Assembly (NCBI GenBank): GCA_045612565.1
Contig: JAZKZG010000011.1
Location: 1 to 59,235, forward strand
Length of the DNA stretch: 59,235 nucleotides
Source of the DNA: Eubacteriales bacterium
GTDB taxonomy: Bacteria; Bacillota; Clostridia; Oscillospirales; QAKW01
Reading direction: 5' to 3'
Shown here piece by piece: positions 29,719 to 39,112 of this stretch. Below the pieces are notes generated by a model that saw nothing but the letters and a program-made list of their open reading frames with translations, was not told the DNA's origin and did no database searches. Numbering within the stretch: position 1 is the stretch's first letter; each line of letters opens with the position of its first letter. The position numbers and the translations under genes were made by a program.

Positions 29719-29818
29719 TTTTGTTGTCTCCATTTAATTTAATTTAACATTAAAATTATATATAATGTATTCAAATAATGCAATAGAAAAATTTTTTTAA
29801 AAATTTTCAAAAAACTTC

Positions 29819-29847
29819 TTTACAAAACGGAATTTAAGTGCTATACT
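29819..29847 (+). promoter_or_regulatory. sigma-A-type promoter for tRNA-Gln
   Basis: TTTACA, 17 nt, TATACT. Confidence 0.55.
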
Positions 29848-29864
29848 ATTTGAGCATTAAGCAT

Positions 29865-29941
29865 TGGGATATAGCCAAGTTGGTAAGGCAATGGATTCTG
29901 ACTCCATCACTGCGTAGGTTCGAGTCCTACTATCCCAGCCA
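29865..29941 (+). tRNA. tRNA-Gln (anticodon CTG)
   Basis: TGGGATATAGCCAAGTTGGTAAGGCA... Anticodon stem ATGGA/TCCAT with loop TTCTGAC, T-arm GTAGG-TTCGAGT-CCTAC, acceptor TGGGATA/TATCCCA, encoded CCA. Confidence 0.85.
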
Positions 29942-29942
29942 T

Positions 29943-29973
29943 AAAAAGTGATTACTTCGGTAATCACTTTTTT
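29943..29973 (+). terminator. intrinsic terminator after tRNA-Gln
   Basis: AAAAGTGATTAC-TTCG-GTAATCACTTTTTT. Confidence 0.8.
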
Positions 29974-29981
29974 ATTTTATA

Positions 29982-30010
29982 TTGCAAAAAAACTATAAAA
30001 GTAATATACT
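29982..30010 (+). promoter_or_regulatory. sigma-A-type promoter of the membrane-protein/glycosidase pair
   Basis: TTGCAA, 17 nt, TATACT, then an AGGAGGA SD. Confidence 0.5.
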
Positions 30011-30028
30011 TTTAAAAAGGAGGAAACA

Positions 30029-30541
30029 ATGGAACGAGAAATATTTACACTAAAGAATATAAAAACTGATTTATATAGGCATCTTATATCCGAGCTATTA
30101 ATAATTCCGCCAATCTTTTTATCATCGCTTGCAATCGCTTTATGTATATATGCAGTTAATGAACTATCTAACAAAAATTTCAATTTTAAAATATATTATA
30201 TTGTTGTATTGATATTAATTTTTTTATCATCTTTAAAAACACTAATTAATCTTATTAAAACGGCTACCAATAATTTTTATATTGATAGTGATATGATGAT
30301 TGAATATCCAGGCGTTATTATAGAGAAAAAGCTGAAAAAATACAAATTTAATATTCAACGACCCACTAGAAGAACCGGTTATAACATCACACATTATCAT
30401 TGGTCAAGAAAAAACAATATGGATTATTGGGATTTTTACAGTACATCAAAAGTAAACGATGAATTTTATGTAATAACCTTTGATAAAAGAAAAGCATATT
30501 ACATCTATAATAAAAACTTTTTTAAATACATTGACGATTAA
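30029..30541 (+). CDS. hypothetical 2-TM membrane protein with a Tyr/Lys-rich C-terminal domain
   Basis: 170-aa ORF with a strong SD (AAAGGAGGAAACA-ATG). Two hydrophobic helices. No family recognised. Confidence 0.6.
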   Translation: MEREIFTLKNIKTDLYRHLISELLIIPPIFLSSLAIALCIYAVNELSNKNFNFKIYYIVVLILIFLSSLKTLINLIKTATNNFYIDSDMMIEYPGVIIEKKLKKYKFNIQRPTRRTGYNITHYHWSRKNNMDYWDFYSTSKVNDEFYVITFDKRKAYYIYNKNFFKYIDD

Positions 30542-30553
30542 AGGAGAAAAAAT

Positions 30554-32395
30554 ATGAGCGAGTTTATGTTGGGATGCAATTATTGGGCATCACATGCAGG
30601 AATCGAAATGTGGAAAAACTGGGATGCAAAACAAGTCGAAAAAGATTTTGAGATACTTGTGGAAAACGGAATTAGACATATACGAATTTTTCCTCTTTGG
30701 CGTGATTTTCAACCTGTAATGTCCGTTATGGCTGCAGCTGCAAAGCACCGCGAATATTTAATGGAAGATTGCCAATCCCCCACCAATCCATATTATTTAG
30801 ACGAAACGATGCTTGAAAGATTTGAATACGTATGCGATCTTGCCAAAAAGTACAATGTGAAGTTAATCGTTGGTTTATTAACGGGATTTATGAGCGGAAG
30901 AACTTTTATTCCAAACGCTCTCAATAATATGAATTTATTCACCGACGCCACCGCTCTTCAATTTGAAATGCTGTTTATCAAAGGCTTTGTAAACAGATTC
31001 AAAGACAGAGAAGAAATAATTGGTTGGAATCCCGGCAATGAATGTAACAATTTATCATCGCTTTCAAAACATGACAGACCAAGAAGCGCCGCTTACACTT
31101 GGCTTATGATAATATCAAATGCTATAAGAGCGTGCGACAATACAAGACCTGTTATTTCAGGTATGCATGGGCTTAAAGTTGAAAATGCAACGTGGCTTAT
31201 AGAAGACCAAACTGAGCCTTTTGATATAGTTACAACTCATCCTTACCCGGCATTTGTTCCACACTGTTCAAAAGACCCTATTAATTCAATCAGAACACTT
31301 ATGCACGCAACAGCAGAGTCGATGTTATATTCAAATATATCAGAAAGACCGTGTCTTGTAGAAGAAATCGGAACACTTAGCCACAATATTTGCGAAGATA
31401 AAATATCAGGTGATTTTATGAGAGTTAATCTTTTCTCCAACTGGGCGCACGGAATGACAGGCCTTTTATGGTGGTGCGCACACGACCAAGATAAACTCAC
31501 AACGCCGCCGTATAATTGGTGTATGCTTGAGCGTGAGCTCGGAATGCTGACCTCTGATATGAAACCCAAGGATCATTTGTTAGAATTAAACAAATTCGGA
31601 AAATGGCTTGATACAATTGATTTTGAGTTGGATAAACCGTTAATTGACGCACATATCATTCTAACACACAAGCAAGATAATTGGGGTATGGGATATATGA
31701 GTTTTATACTCGGAAAACAAGCGGGTGTCACTCTCGATTTTGTTTCCCCCAACCAGGATATACCCGACGGTGAAGTGTATATTATGCCCTCAACATGTGA
31801 AGATAAGCCGTTATACTCAGATAAATATGAACAACTCAAACAAAAAGTTTATGATGGTGCAACGCTTTATATTTCAAATGAAAATGGATTTTTCACACAG
31901 TTTGAACAATTCATTGGAAATGCTGTAGAAGAAAATGAATATGTAGATATAAGCGGTAAATTTATGCTTGACGGTCACGAGTTAGAGTATAATCACAATA
32001 AACATTATAAATTAAGACCGCTTACATCAACCGTCTTAGCATATGATGAGCAAGGTGACCCAATTATGACTGTTAACAAATACGGTAAGGGCAAGGTGTA
32101 TTATCTTGCGTTTCCTTATGAAAAAATGCTTTGTAATAAAAACAGAGCATTTGACAAAAATGCTCACGAATTATATAAATATATCTTAAAAGATTTAATC
32201 ACTAAAAAAGATATTGTATCAAACGACTCAAAAATTGGAATAACGCAGAACGGTAATATTATTACCGCTATAAACTATTCGAACAAAACTGTAAAACCAG
32301 ACTTTGTTTTAAACAACAAAAAAATAAACAAGCTATACTATGGTAATATCGAAAGCATACCGCCTTGTGACGCAGTTGTATTTTCAATTAAATAA
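30554..32395 (+). CDS. glycoside hydrolase, clan GH-A TIM barrel (GH5/GH42-like) with a C-terminal GH42M-like domain
   Basis: 613 aa. Candidate acid/base WNPGNECNN and nucleophile LVEEIG. The exact family is not resolved by eye. Confidence 0.6.
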   Translation: MSEFMLGCNYWASHAGIEMWKNWDAKQVEKDFEILVENGIRHIRIFPLWRDFQPVMSVMAAAAKHREYLMEDCQSPTNPYYLDETMLERFEYVCDLAKKYNVKLIVGLLTGFMSGRTFIPNALNNMNLFTDATALQFEMLFIKGFVNRFKDREEIIGWNPGNECNNLSSLSKHDRPRSAAYTWLMIISNAIRACDNTRPVISGMHGLKVENATWLIEDQTEPFDIVTTHPYPAFVPHCSKDPINSIRTLMHATAESMLYSNISERPCLVEEIGTLSHNICEDKISGDFMRVNLFSNWAHGMTGLLWWCAHDQDKLTTPPYNWCMLERELGMLTSDMKPKDHLLELNKFGKWLDTIDFELDKPLIDAHIILTHKQDNWGMGYMSFILGKQAGVTLDFVSPNQDIPDGEVYIMPSTCEDKPLYSDKYEQLKQKVYDGATLYISNENGFFTQFEQFIGNAVEENEYVDISGKFMLDGHELEYNHNKHYKLRPLTSTVLAYDEQGDPIMTVNKYGKGKVYYLAFPYEKMLCNKNRAFDKNAHELYKYILKDLITKKDIVSNDSKIGITQNGNIITAINYSNKTVKPDFVLNNKKINKLYYGNIESIPPCDAVVFSIK

Positions 32396-32396
32396 T

Positions 32397-32426
32397 AAAA
32401 AAGCACTTACAAACGTAAGTGCTTTT
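32397..32426. terminator. bidirectional terminator between the glycosidase gene and the efp operon end
   Basis: AAAAGCACTTAC-AAAC-GTAAGTGCTTTT. Confidence 0.8.
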
Positions 32427-32435
32427 GATTTTAAA

Positions 32436-32846
32436 TTAGTCTTCGCAACAGTCACAATCGCCATCACAGCAATCGCACTCTGAAAGATCGAATTCAAGTT
32501 CTTCATTACAATTGGGGCAATTAAGTTTACCCTTTTGAGCGGTTTCGTCATCTACGCAAAACTCTTCACCGCATTCAGGACAAATTACTGAATAAAAGTC
32601 GTCTTCAACAACCTCTTCTTCAAACTCTTCATCAAGATAATCCTCAACTGCTTCGAGGTCCTCATCAATTTCACCGATGTACTCATCAAGTTCACTGATA
32701 TATTCATCCATATCTTCAACTGTTGCAGCCATTTCGTCCATAACATCAACAATTTCAGCAACAAGTTTTGTCATAGGGTCTTTTTCATCAAGTGAAAGGC
32801 CTTCCATAAGACCTCTGATATAAGCTACTCTTTCAAGTAAAGTCAT
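32436..32846 (-). CDS. highly acidic zinc-ribbon protein (CD1247 N-terminal-domain-like)
   Basis: 136 aa. MTLLERVAYIRGLMEGL N-terminus, long D/E-rich helix, CPECG...CPNC ribbon and CDCCDGDCDCCED tail. Lies directly downstream of efp, as in C. difficile. Confidence 0.65.
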   Translation of the reverse strand: MTLLERVAYIRGLMEGLSLDEKDPMTKLVAEIVDVMDEMAATVEDMDEYISELDEYIGEIDEDLEAVEDYLDEEFEEEVVEDDFYSVICPECGEEFCVDDETAQKGKLNCPNCNEELEFDLSECDCCDGDCDCCED

Positions 32847-32872
32847 TATAGAGTCTCCTTTACAATAAATAA

Positions 32873-33430
32873 TTATGCTCTTTCCATATACTCGCCTGTG
32901 CGGGTATCAATTCTGATTTTTTCACCTGAGTTGATGAAAATCGGAACTTTAATAACAGCACCTGTTTCGAGTGTTGCGGGCTTTGTAACGTTTGTTGCAG
33001 TATCACCTCTTACGCCGGGTTCGGTGTCAGTTACTTCAAGTTCAACAAAAAGGGGCGGCTCAACGCCAAATACGTTGCCTTTGTATGACATGATTTTAAC
33101 AACGTCGTTTTCTTTAACAAACTTAAAGTTGTCACCAAGTTTATCAGCATTAAGAGGAAGCTGCTCATAAGTTTCTGAATCCATAAAATAATAGAGTTCA
33201 CCATCATTGTAAAGATACTCATATTCTTTTCTTTCAACGTAAGCATTCTCAAACTTATCGGTAGGATTGAATGACTTTTCAACAACAGCACCAGTAATTA
33301 CGTTTTTAAATTTTGTTCTAACAAAAGCAGCGCCTTTACCGGGTTTAACGTGCTGAAATTCAACAACCTGGAAAACCTGACCGTCCATATCAAATGTAAC
33401 GCCGTTTCTAAAATCTCCTGCTGTAATCAT
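32873..33430 (-). CDS. efp: elongation factor P
   Basis: 185 aa. [43 protein letters not shown] is the canonical EF-P N-terminus. Confidence 0.95.
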   Translation of the reverse strand: MITAGDFRNGVTFDMDGQVFQVVEFQHVKPGKGAAFVRTKFKNVITGAVVEKSFNPTDKFENAYVERKEYEYLYNDGELYYFMDSETYEQLPLNADKLGDNFKFVKENDVVKIMSYKGNVFGVEPPLFVELEVTDTEPGVRGDTATNVTKPATLETGAVIKVPIFINSGEKIRIDTRTGEYMERA

Positions 33431-33463
33431 AAAATTTTAACCTCCAAAATTTATCTATCCTAT

Positions 33464-33492
33464 ATTCTACACTACAATTTGCCTATTTTCAA
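33464..33492 (-). promoter_or_regulatory. sigma-A-type promoter of efp
   Basis: Minus strand reads TTGAAA, 17 nt, TAGAAT. Confidence 0.5.
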
Positions 33493-33510
33493 GTATAATT
33501 TACAATAATC

Positions 33511-34359
33511 TTATTTTAATGAATAAAAATATTGCTTCATATATAGTGCATCTTTTGACATAGTATTATCACTTTCGCAAATAATCGTTGGCTCAAGTGA
33601 ATATTTTAAAATAACATCAGCAAACGGCTCGAAATCAGGTCCAAAAACCGTATCTTCAAAAGTAAGATGCTTTTTTTCTCCGCCTGTAGAGTATTCAATT
33701 TTTGAAAAATGAACGTGAAAATGTTTAGCTCTGTATTCGCCGAGTTTGTTTTTTACACAAAGAATGATTTTTTCAAAATCCTCTGCAGTTTTAAGACTTC
33801 CCTGCTCTCTTGCATTTATGTGTCCAAAATCAATTGCTGGAATCATACGTTCATCAATTGAACAAAGTTCCAGTACCTCTTCAAGTGTTCCAAGCTGGTT
33901 TATTTTTCCCATCGTTTCAGGACACATTGAAATATCGCTGAAACCGTTTTCGTCCATTGCTTTTACAGCTATTTTAAAAGTGTCTTTGGCAAGTAAAAGA
34001 GCTTGTTCACGTGAAATTTTAGAGCAAGAGCCCGTATGAATTACGATTCTTGTAGCACCGCTCAATTTTGCAAGATTTGCGCTTTGCAAAATATAATTAA
34101 TGCTATTTAAACGTTTTTCTTCATCAGTGCCTGACATTGAGATATAGTATGGTGCATGAACAGATAATGAAATATTATTCAGTTTTGCCGATTCACCTAT
34201 TTGTTTTGCAGCATCATCTTTCATACGAACACCACGTCCGCATTGAATTTCATATGCATCAAGACCTATATTACTTAAGAAATCAGGCATCTGCACAGTA
34301 TTTTTATAACCGTAATCATAAAACATTTGACAATTACCTGCAGGACCGAATTTTATCAT
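33511..34359 (-). CDS. xylose-isomerase-like TIM-barrel protein (endonuclease IV / AP endonuclease family 2-like)
   Basis: 282 aa. HAPYYISM, IVIHTGS and HFHVHFS metal-ligand-like motifs. 4-nt overlap with the upstream HAD gene. Confidence 0.6.
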   Translation of the reverse strand: MIKFGPAGNCQMFYDYGYKNTVQMPDFLSNIGLDAYEIQCGRGVRMKDDAAKQIGESAKLNNISLSVHAPYYISMSGTDEEKRLNSINYILQSANLAKLSGATRIVIHTGSCSKISREQALLLAKDTFKIAVKAMDENGFSDISMCPETMGKINQLGTLEEVLELCSIDERMIPAIDFGHINAREQGSLKTAEDFEKIILCVKNKLGEYRAKHFHVHFSKIEYSTGGEKKHLTFEDTVFGPDFEPFADVILKYSLEPTIICESDNTMSKDALYMKQYFYSLK

Positions 34360-34856
34360 TTTCTTTTTCCATCCTCTCTTATTTTTGCATTAATTATTGG
34401 TTTTTCGAGAGCTCTTTTAATTTTAAAAAGCATTGTTTCTTTTGTATCAATAATATCAACCATTACAGACGTCATACCACAAAAATTTGCACCCCAAACA
34501 TCAGTAAACACTTGGTCCCCAACCAAAGCAATATGTTTACATCTCAATTTCATTATTCTTGCAATTTTCAAGATAGAAAAAGGTAATGGTTTACAAGCAC
34601 GCCAAATAAACGGAATATCCAAATCTTCACAAAAAAGACTGACACGGTCGCGATTATTATTTGATGCAACAGCAATCTTAATACCTTTTTGCTTTAAAGA
34701 ATTCAAAAAAATCTTCAATCTCTCATCAGGCTTTTCAACAGTAAATCCCACAAGAGTATTATCAATATCAAAAATGATACCTTTAATGTGGTTTTTTGAT
34801 AAAAACTCGTCAGTCAAAGAATATACATTTTTTAATAAAAAATCGGGTGTGAACAT
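34356..34856 (-). CDS. yqeG: YqeG-family HAD-IIIA phosphatase
   Basis: 166 aa. HAD motif I GIIFDIDNTLV, then ASNN and VGDQVFTD motifs. Confidence 0.8.
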   Translation of the reverse strand: MFTPDFLLKNVYSLTDEFLSKNHIKGIIFDIDNTLVGFTVEKPDERLKIFLNSLKQKGIKIAVASNNNRDRVSLFCEDLDIPFIWRACKPLPFSILKIARIMKLRCKHIALVGDQVFTDVWGANFCGMTSVMVDIIDTKETMLFKIKRALEKPIINAKIREDGKRK

Positions 34857-34914
34857 CGATATTCTCCATAAAGTATTTTTAAAAATTATAATATATTAAC
34901 AGTTCTTTGTCAAA

Positions 34915-34948
34915 TTAAATAGCAATAGGAGTTACTTCCTATTGCTAT
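34915..34948 (-). terminator. probable intrinsic terminator after mutS2
   Basis: 12-bp stem ATAGCAATAGGA/TCCTATTGCTAT with a weak interrupted U-tract (UUUAAUUU). Confidence 0.5.
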
Positions 34949-34951
34949 TAT

Positions 34952-37339
34952 TTATTTTAATTCAACGATTGTAACACCGCTGTCGCCTTCACCATATGCA
35001 CCCAAGTTGAATTTTTTTACGCGCTTATGTGTTTTTAAATATGAATGGACACCGGCACGAAGTGCTCCTGTTCCTTTACCATGAATGATAGTAACAGTTG
35101 TAAGATGATCAAGAATTGCATCATCAATAAAACTATCAATCATATCACAAGCATCAGCTACCATCTGACCACGTAAGTCAAGTTCCATACTTACCTGGCG
35201 AGTAAGTGAACGTTCAAATTTAAATGATGATTTAGTTTCAGTCTTTTTGGATTGTTCTTCTTTTGCAAGATAAATTTCATCATTATTCATTGAAACCGTA
35301 ATACCGGAACAGTTAACGCGAACTTTTTTACCTGAAATTGAAATCACTTCACCGTTTTTTTGTAATTTCGAAACAAAAACAGTTTGTCCGACTTTAACAC
35401 TTTCACCAAGCGGTTTCCCGTTTGTCTCTTTTACAACAGGCGAATGTAAATCATCATTATCAAGTGCTGCCGCTCCTCTTTTAACAGTACTCTTGATTTT
35501 TTGCATAGATAACTTTTCGAGTTGTTCTTTTTGCTTTTTTAAATCTTCTAAAAAAGCGTTTGAATCTCGCCTTGCGCGTTCAATAATCTGACGTGCTTTT
35601 GTTCTCGCAGACTCAAGTTCAAGTTCGGCACTTTTTTCAATTTGTTTTTGTTTTTTCTCTATTTCATTTTTTAAAGCATTTATTTCAGTTTCTTTTGATA
35701 AAATCTCCCTTTTAAGATTTTCATACTCATTTTTTTGTTTTAAGAGTTCATCAATCGCTTTATCAAATCGCTTGACGTTCAAATCAACTCGGCTTTTAGC
35801 ATAATCAATTACATCATCTTGTAACTCAAGATGCTTTGAAATCTCAAAAGCATACGATTTACCAGGTACACCAATGCTAAGCCTGTATGTCGGACTAAGT
35901 GTTTTAAGATCAAATTCAAAAGAAGCATTCACAACCCCCTCAGTTTCCAAAGCATAGTTTTTAAGTTCGCTGTAGTGAGTTGTACAAGCACAAAAACCTT
36001 TATTCTGACGAACTTTTTGAATAACAGATTCCGCAAGTGCAGCACCTTCAATCGGGTCAGTACCACCACCAAGTTCATCAAATAGAACAAGACTGCCATC
36101 TGTTGTGTTTGCCAAAATATTTTTAATATTTTTCAAATGAGAAGAAAATGTTGAAAGTGACTGTTCAATTGATTGTTCATCACCTATATCAGCATAAATT
36201 TTATCAAAGATAAAAACTGTTGCAGTGTTACAGGGCAGATGCATACCCGCTTTCGCCATTGCACACATAAGACCGAGAGTTTTTAAAAAAACAGTTTTAC
36301 CTCCAGTATTTGGACCTGTAACAATTATTGTATCAACACCGTCGCCCATCTTGATATCAAGAGGGACCATCACGTCTTTAGAAATAAGCGGATGACGAGC
36401 TTTTTTCATATCCGCAATTTTCTCATCAGATATTTTTGGACAACACATATTATATTGATAACTATATCTTGCTTTTGCGAAAATATAGTCAATAGATAAA
36501 AGTGTTCTATATGACAAAAGCAACGCTTGTGAGCAGAGTGATACTTGTTCTGTTAAATTTTGCAAGATTCGTTCAATTTCTTGCTTTTCTTCATTTTCTA
36601 GTTTTCGAATATTATTGTTTTCTTCAATAACAAAAAGCGGTTCAACAAATAATGTCGAGCCTGTATTTGATGTATCGTGTATAAGACCTTTAACAAGACC
36701 ACGATTATCCGCTTTTACAGGAATTACAAATCTATCATATCGTATTGTAACAATTGAATCCTGCAGATACGGTGCAACATCAGATTTTTTTATATAAGAA
36801 TCAAGTGAATCTTTAATCTTTTGCTTTGCAGAAATAATCTTTTTGCGAATTCTGAATAACTCCGGTGAAGCATCATCAGCAACATGTTCTCCATCAGGAA
36901 AAGTTCTGTTAATTGCGTTAACAAGTCCTTTGTCAGTATAGAGGCCATCAAACAATAATTGCAAACAATCCTTTTTTGCGTTGCTATCGTTAAAATACCT
37001 TGACATATCAATGGAAACTTGCATAAGTCGAGCAACCGAAACAAAATCAGATGGTGTAAGGCAAATCCCCTTTACAGATTTACCGATGTATAAATCAACA
37101 TCATCCGAAAGATTTTTAAGTGGGAGACGTTGATTTAAAAGCAACATATCCTTTGCCTGTGAAACCTCGGTCAATTGCCGGATTACACAGCCTTTTTTAT
37201 ATAAAGGTATAATCTTTTTGATTTTTTCGGCTGTTTTATCAATCGATGCATATGTAGATAAAATTTCACAAACCTTGTCAAACTCAAGTGCTTTTAATGA
37301 TTTTTTATAATAAAAATTTCTTTTGTCAGATGGATACAA
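34952..37339 (-). CDS. mutS2: endonuclease MutS2
   Basis: 795 aa. Walker A GPNTGGKT, MutS domain V, coiled-coil region and C-terminal Smr domain (LDLRG...IIHGKGTGALR). TTG start 3 nt after the recO stop. Confidence 0.92.
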   Translation of the reverse strand: MYPSDKRNFYYKKSLKALEFDKVCEILSTYASIDKTAEKIKKIIPLYKKGCVIRQLTEVSQAKDMLLLNQRLPLKNLSDDVDLYIGKSVKGICLTPSDFVSVARLMQVSIDMSRYFNDSNAKKDCLQLLFDGLYTDKGLVNAINRTFPDGEHVADDASPELFRIRKKIISAKQKIKDSLDSYIKKSDVAPYLQDSIVTIRYDRFVIPVKADNRGLVKGLIHDTSNTGSTLFVEPLFVIEENNNIRKLENEEKQEIERILQNLTEQVSLCSQALLLSYRTLLSIDYIFAKARYSYQYNMCCPKISDEKIADMKKARHPLISKDVMVPLDIKMGDGVDTIIVTGPNTGGKTVFLKTLGLMCAMAKAGMHLPCNTATVFIFDKIYADIGDEQSIEQSLSTFSSHLKNIKNILANTTDGSLVLFDELGGGTDPIEGAALAESVIQKVRQNKGFCACTTHYSELKNYALETEGVVNASFEFDLKTLSPTYRLSIGVPGKSYAFEISKHLELQDDVIDYAKSRVDLNVKRFDKAIDELLKQKNEYENLKREILSKETEINALKNEIEKKQKQIEKSAELELESARTKARQIIERARRDSNAFLEDLKKQKEQLEKLSMQKIKSTVKRGAAALDNDDLHSPVVKETNGKPLGESVKVGQTVFVSKLQKNGEVISISGKKVRVNCSGITVSMNNDEIYLAKEEQSKKTETKSSFKFERSLTRQVSMELDLRGQMVADACDMIDSFIDDAILDHLTTVTIIHGKGTGALRAGVHSYLKTHKRVKKFNLGAYGEGDSGVTIVELK

Positions 37340-37342
37340 TGT

Positions 37343-38053
37343 TTAAATAACTCCTTTTAAGAACTCAAGTGAATCAAATGAACGCTCGGAATGATAGATA
37401 ATATAACTTTCTGCAAGTCTATAAATATGTTCATCAAATATGGTTATACAATTAAATACATCAGCAGACATTGAATTAATGATTTTGTATATAGACAAAA
37501 CTGAATTTCTTGACAAATACACGCTGTCCTCGCAATCGTTTAGATACAAGCGTCCATCACTTAACGCAAAATAATAATTCTGAGCCTTTGTTTGCGCCTC
37601 AAGACACGGTTCAAATCCAATCAACTGACATATTTTAAACTCAAAAACCGGTTTTAAAATTTTAATATCATTTCCAGAAGCAAGATTCTTTAAGGCAAAA
37701 AAAATCAAATCATACATCTCGCGACAATCAATATCAGGCTCAGAAGAATAGTTAATTACAAGAGATGAAAAATAAGCCGCTGCAGAGAGAGTTAAAATAT
37801 CATTTCTGATATTATAAAAACAGTCTATCGGAGTAAAAGAATTTACAAGATAATTCGATTTATCCGTTTCAAAAAGAATAAACTCACCGTAAGAAAATAC
37901 ATCGGCAATAAAGCTTTTTTTCCCCGCGCTCTTTTTAAATGTCATAAAAGCCGACACTAAACCGTTTTTAGTAAATATCCTAAGCAGTTTATCTTTACCC
38001 GGTGTATCGGTTATTTTGAGTATTATCCCAGTTATTTTCACGGTTTGCGCCAT
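37343..38053 (-). CDS. recO: DNA repair protein RecO
   Basis: 236 aa. N-terminal OB-fold pattern (VKITGIILKITDTPGKDKLLRIFT). Conserved era-yqzL-recO synteny. GGAGA SD. Confidence 0.85.
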   Translation of the reverse strand: MAQTVKITGIILKITDTPGKDKLLRIFTKNGLVSAFMTFKKSAGKKSFIADVFSYGEFILFETDKSNYLVNSFTPIDCFYNIRNDILTLSAAAYFSSLVINYSSEPDIDCREMYDLIFFALKNLASGNDIKILKPVFEFKICQLIGFEPCLEAQTKAQNYYFALSDGRLYLNDCEDSVYLSRNSVLSIYKIINSMSADVFNCITIFDEHIYRLAESYIIYHSERSFDSLEFLKGVI

Positions 38054-38150
38054 TGGTTATCTCCGTATCAGTTTTAGATTTGGCATAAGAAATATATGCC
38101 TCAACGCTTCCTGTATTTTTAAAAATTTTCCACATTTCCTGTGTAGTCAT
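37995..38150 (-). CDS. yqzL: YqzL-like small protein (51 aa), absent from the ORF track
   Basis: My translation is MTTQEMWKIFKNTGSVEAYISYAKSKTDTEITNGANRENNWDNTQNNRYTG. It has the W..F..TG.[IV]..Y..Y motif and the position of B. subtilis YqzL between era and recO. AAGGTGA SD 6 nt upstream. Its 3' end overlaps recO by 59 nt. Confidence 0.65.
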   Translation of the reverse strand: MTTQEMWKIFKNTGSVEAYISYAKSKTDTEITNGANRENNWDNTQNNRYTG

Positions 38151-38224
38151 AAGTATCACCTTAATATATTTTATTCATTAACATTAGTTTTGTTTATTGT
38201 GATATTTATAACCAAGGTAAAGTT

Positions 38225-39112
38225 TTACATTCCGATTAATCTCAGCATTGCACTATTGTTTTGCCAATCATTTTTAACTTTCACAAAACATTCAATAAAA
38301 ACTTTTTTACCAAAATAGTTTTCGAGTTCAGTACGTGATTGGGTTAATATTTTTTTTAGCATATCGCCTTTTTTTCCAATTATAATTCCTTTATGAGATT
38401 CTCGTGAACAATATACGGTCACCATTGATTTGACAAGAGTTTCGCTTTCTTCATAATTCTCAGTGACAAGTGCTACTGAATGAGGAATTTCAAGTCCGAG
38501 ATTATAAAGCATTTTTTCACGTATTATTTCACATACATAGTTGGCATTAGATGTATCACTTACATAATCAGTATCATAATAAAAAAACGACGGTTCAGCA
38601 CGATTATATAATTCTTTTAAAACAATATCAAGTCCGTCTTTTTTCACAGCACTTATAGGTATAATCTCTTCAAAATCAAAAGTTGATGAAAATTCTGTGA
38701 TTGTTTGTAATAGTTGTTCTTTTGAATTTAAATCAGTTTTATTAATAAGTAAAATTGATCGCATTCTATTTTCTTTAAGAATTTTAATAATAGCGCGTTC
38801 GGCTGCAAGAATTTTGTCGCCCACCTCTACAACAAACAACGTAACATCAGCATTTTCTATTCCTTCACCAACCGATTCAACCATAGCCTGTCCAAGACCT
38901 GTCTTTGCTCTGTGCATACCGGGAGTATCCAAAAAGACATACTGACAGTCATCCTTTGTTAAAACACCTGTAACACGTGTACGGGTTGTTTGTGCTTTTG
39001 GAGAAACAATAGATATCTTTTTACCAATCAAAGCATTAAGAATTGTAGATTTGCCAACATTCGGACGACCGCATATTGTGACAAAAATGGTTTTTAAATT
39101 ACTGTTTTGCAT
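38225..39112 (-). CDS. era: GTPase Era
   Basis: 295 aa. G1 GRPNVGKST, G3 DTPG, G4 NKTD and a C-terminal KH domain. Confidence 0.95.
   Translation of the reverse strand: MQNSNLKTIFVTICGRPNVGKSTILNALIGKKISIVSPKAQTTRTRVTGVLTKDDCQYVFLDTPGMHRAKTGLGQAMVESVGEGIENADVTLFVVEVGDKILAAERAIIKILKENRMRSILLINKTDLNSKEQLLQTITEFSSTFDFEEIIPISAVKKDGLDIVLKELYNRAEPSFFYYDTDYVSDTSNANYVCEIIREKMLYNLGLEIPHSVALVTENYEESETLVKSMVTVYCSRESHKGIIIGKKGDMLKKILTQSRTELENYFGKKVFIECFVKVKNDWQNNSAMLRLIGM

Noticed and set aside
34327-34899. 190-aa plus-strand ORF
   Set aside because: It is an antisense shadow of the YqeG-family HAD phosphatase gene, which has the DIDNTLV motif. It has no SD and a low-complexity composition.
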